A stretch of 8,425 nucleotides of DNA from an archaeon (GTDB taxonomy: Archaea; Iainarchaeota; Iainarchaeia; Iainarchaeales; CSSED10-239), in assembly GCA_035387745.1 (NCBI GenBank), contig DAOOON010000007.1, forward strand, positions 1 to 8,425. The letters are read 5' to 3'. This document shows, piece after piece, positions 6,807 through 8,425 of the stretch; the first letter of the stretch is position 1, and the number at the start of each line of letters is the position of its first letter. A program made the position numbers and the translations under genes. The notes below the pieces were generated by a model. It saw nothing but the letters and a program-made list of their open reading frames with translations, was not told the DNA's origin and made no database searches.

Positions 6807-7487
6807 ATGGATAAAATAATTAGTAATTATATAAAATATAAATTTATATTTAACAATGATATAAAACACTCTTCTTATTTATATCAAAAAATGTTTAGAT
6901 CTATATATGGTTATACTCAAAACGTTACTAAAAAAGATAAAAAAACATATTGGTATCATAGAGAAGGAGTTTTAGAGAATATTCCTTATATTAGGCCAGG
7001 AAAAAATAGCATCATAGTTCCAATTAATACAGAACACAAAATAATTAATTTTTTTAATACAGGAAAAAGTCCAACACATAATTTTAAAGAAAAAGGAGAA
7101 TGGTCTATAAATTATAATATTGATAAAATCGAAATTAATCAAGAAGATATAATTAAAACAATTGATGCATTTATTAATTCTCTAATTGTAATTTCAATAG
7201 ATGGTAAAAATACAAAAATATTTGATGAATTAAATAATATAATAATTGATAAAGAATATGCTTCAAAATTTAAGAAAGCAAATAAGGATAATCTAATATC
7301 AAAGATTAATAATATTTTAGAAATAGATTGGATATTTAAAACAAAAGAATCTTCTGAAAAAGTAAAATTATTAATTTCGTTATTTAATAAAGCAAAGGAA
7401 TCATTTAATTATTCATCAAGTAGTAATTATACAAATAAAGATAGTTTAACTTCTGAATCACTATTAAAAACTACTGATGAAAGCTAG
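6807..7487 (+). CDS. Hypothetical protein (orphan, 226 aa)
   Basis: Long ORF in a region that is otherwise stop-rich and about 20% GC. A G7 run (6795-6801) lies 5 nt upstream of the ATG as a possible SD. I recognise no family. The Lys/Asn/Ile-rich composition fits the local AT bias. Confidence 0.6.
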   Translation: MDKIISNYIKYKFIFNNDIKHSSYLYQKMFRSIYGYTQNVTKKDKKTYWYHREGVLENIPYIRPGKNSIIVPINTEHKIINFFNTGKSPTHNFKEKGEWSINYNIDKIEINQEDIIKTIDAFINSLIVISIDGKNTKIFDELNNIIIDKEYASKFKKANKDNLISKINNILEIDWIFKTKESSEKVKLLISLFNKAKESFNYSSSSNYTNKDSLTSESLLKTTDES

Positions 7488-7490
7488 TAA

Positions 7491-8027
7491 TTATTCTTTT
7501 TCTATTATTATAATATTCTTCTTCCAGGTTCTTTTTTTACCAGAATTATTAACTTTTATAAGGTTTATGTCTGTTAATGTTTTTATATAAGGATAAAGAC
7601 TTTTCTCGTTTTGGTATTCTACATTATATTGTAATTTTATTCTGTTCTTTAGATCTTCCATATCTATCCATTCATCATCTGGAAGACACGCAATAATATG
7701 TTCTGCTTGTGTATTTTCTCTAGCTTTAATTACATCCCAAATAGTGTTAATTTTTTTACTGCTAATTTTTGAAACATCATAGATTTTTGTGTGATTAATT
7801 TCCTTTTCATTATCTACTGTTTTTATATTTAAATTTTTTAATTCAAGTTGCTGAGTTTGCATGGAATTTGTATTTGATATTTTTTCATTTGATTGATTAT
7901 TTGAGTAATTACTGTAATTATTGTTATTACTTGCAAAAGTTTCTTGGTAATTACTATCTTTTTTATTATTTTTATTTTTTTTTAAAAGACCTAATTTAGT
8001 CAATAGTTTTTGAAATATATTGCCCAT
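7491..8027 (-). CDS. Hypothetical protein with Asn-rich N-terminus and possible C-terminal winged-helix DNA-binding domain
   Basis: 178-aa ORF convergent with 6807-7487, with only a 3-nt gap. The C-terminal ~80 aa (TIWDVIKARENTQAEHII..EWIDMEDLKNRI..EKSLYPYIKTLTDINLIKVNNSGKKRTWKK) show a helix-helix-helix-hairpin pattern reminiscent of a wHTH. This is a pattern judgement only. The N-terminal 55 aa are low complexity and are encoded by the GTAATTAC repeat, so the true start could be Met56 (ATG 7860-7862). Confidence 0.55.
   Translation of the reverse strand: MGNIFQKLLTKLGLLKKNKNNKKDSNYQETFASNNNNYSNYSNNQSNEKISNTNSMQTQQLELKNLNIKTVDNEKEINHTKIYDVSKISSKKINTIWDVIKARENTQAEHIIACLPDDEWIDMEDLKNRIKLQYNVEYQNEKSLYPYIKTLTDINLIKVNNSGKKRTWKKNIIIIEKE
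7915..7964. repeat. Intragenic copies of the same palindrome (triplet with 9-nt period plus one single copy)
   Basis: The copies are 7915-7922 GTAATTAC, 7924-7931 GTAATTAT, 7933-7940 GTTATTAC and 7957-7964 GTAATTAC. They lie within the codons for ...NNNNYSNYSNN... and ...DSNYQE... of the 7491-8027 ORF. Confidence 0.85.
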
Positions 8028-8038
8028 ATCATATTATA

Positions 8039-8117
8039 GTAATTACCGTAATTATTTTAAAGGGATTGGTAATTACAGTAATTATATAACCTCATTTTTG
8101 GTCATTACCGTAATTAC
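8039..8117. repeat. Three tandem-doublet copies of the 8-bp palindrome GTAATTAC (17-nt unit GTAATTAC-N-GTAATTAY), spaced 30 and 32 nt apart
   Basis: The three units are 8039-8055 GTAATTACCGTAATTAT, 8069-8085 GTAATTACAGTAATTAT and 8101-8117 GTCATTACCGTAATTAC. The first unit starts 12 nt upstream of the ATG of the 7491-8027 ORF and overlaps its TATA-like box. Confidence 0.9.
8053..8061 (-). promoter_or_regulatory. TATA-like box (tttaaaata on the minus strand) upstream of the 7491-8027 ORF, overlapped by the palindrome doublet
   Basis: The box is centred about 30 nt upstream of the ATG at 8027 and no SD is present. The GTAATTAC/GTAATTAT doublet at 8039-8055 lies between the box and the start codon, which is an operator-like position. 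Confidence 0.3.
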
Positions 8118-8204
8118 TATATTTAGCTTTTTGTTACTAAAAAATCAGCAAATTAGTTATGTATAATTATCTAAAAAAACACCTAAAAAATAAAGGTTTT
8201 TACT

Positions 8205-8240
8205 GTAATTACCAAAAAATCTAGCGTAATTACCAAAAAA
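8205..8240. repeat. Two perfect 15-nt direct repeats GTAATTACCAAAAAA, 21 nt apart
   Basis: The copies at 8205-8219 and 8226-8240 are identical. Each is the GTAATTAC palindrome followed by C plus an A6 tract. Confidence 0.9.
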
Positions 8241-8425
8241 ATAAGCAATTTTAGTGTTATTTATATAAAAATAAAGATTATTTTTAGTTATTTTTTAAAA
8301 AATAGGTTAATTTGGCCCATTATTCTAAATTAAGGCCATTAAATGTTTTTTTAAATAATATTTAGAGATTTATTTAAGTTGTTAATCTTGTCCAAGATTT
8401 AGTGATTTTTAGCTTAAAAATTAGA

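Noticed and set aside
7487-7494. Single GTAATTAT copies at 1100, 6823, 7423 and 7487 as extra members of the palindrome family
   Set aside because: These are one-mismatch, non-palindromic variants that occur singly inside or at the ends of coding regions (AGT-AAT-TAT = Ser-Asn-Tyr codons). At this base composition they are plausible by chance. Only the clustered exact copies are treated as significant.
7915-8240. Could the GTAATTAC repeats be a CRISPR array?
   Set aside because: The units are 8-17 nt, far shorter than CRISPR repeats (about 24-48 nt). The spacing is irregular and too short for spacers, and no cas genes are present.

Overview
Very AT-rich prokaryotic window. GC is roughly 30-35% in the left operon and about 20% in the right third; these are by-eye counts on sample lines, not computed. 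The style looks archaeal (possibly DPANN-like): a XerA-type recombinase, a PRC-barrel protein, TATA-like boxes about 30 nt upstream of start codons, and oligo-T tracts after genes. I cannot verify this, and an AT-rich bacterium is not excluded.

Left 4.9 kb is one tightly packed minus-strand operon for anaerobic (class III) ribonucleotide reduction. It contains nrdD (2889-4916), a 48-aa ORF missing from the ORF track (2746-2892), the radical-SAM activase nrdG (2068-2733), and a 683-aa RNR-like protein (4-2055). The 48-aa ORF carries the glycyl-radical motif that normally forms the C-terminus of NrdD. The 683-aa protein has an ATP-cone and a class I/II-type RNR fold, but every catalytic residue I could align by eye is substituted.

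Middle: a divergently transcribed Xer-type tyrosine recombinase (5151-6002) and a PRC-barrel protein (6177-6542).

Right: the AT-richest block, with two convergent orphan genes (6807-7487 +, 7491-8027 -). About 400 bp of ORF-free DNA follows. It holds a dense array of the 8-bp palindrome GTAATTAC, which extends into the 5' end of the 7491-8027 ORF.

The most interesting items are the split (or frameshifted) NrdD glycyl-radical domain, the apparently catalytically dead RNR paralogue in the same operon, and the palindrome/iteron array beside a putative winged-helix protein. I recognised no rRNA, tRNA, CRISPR array or known defence gene.
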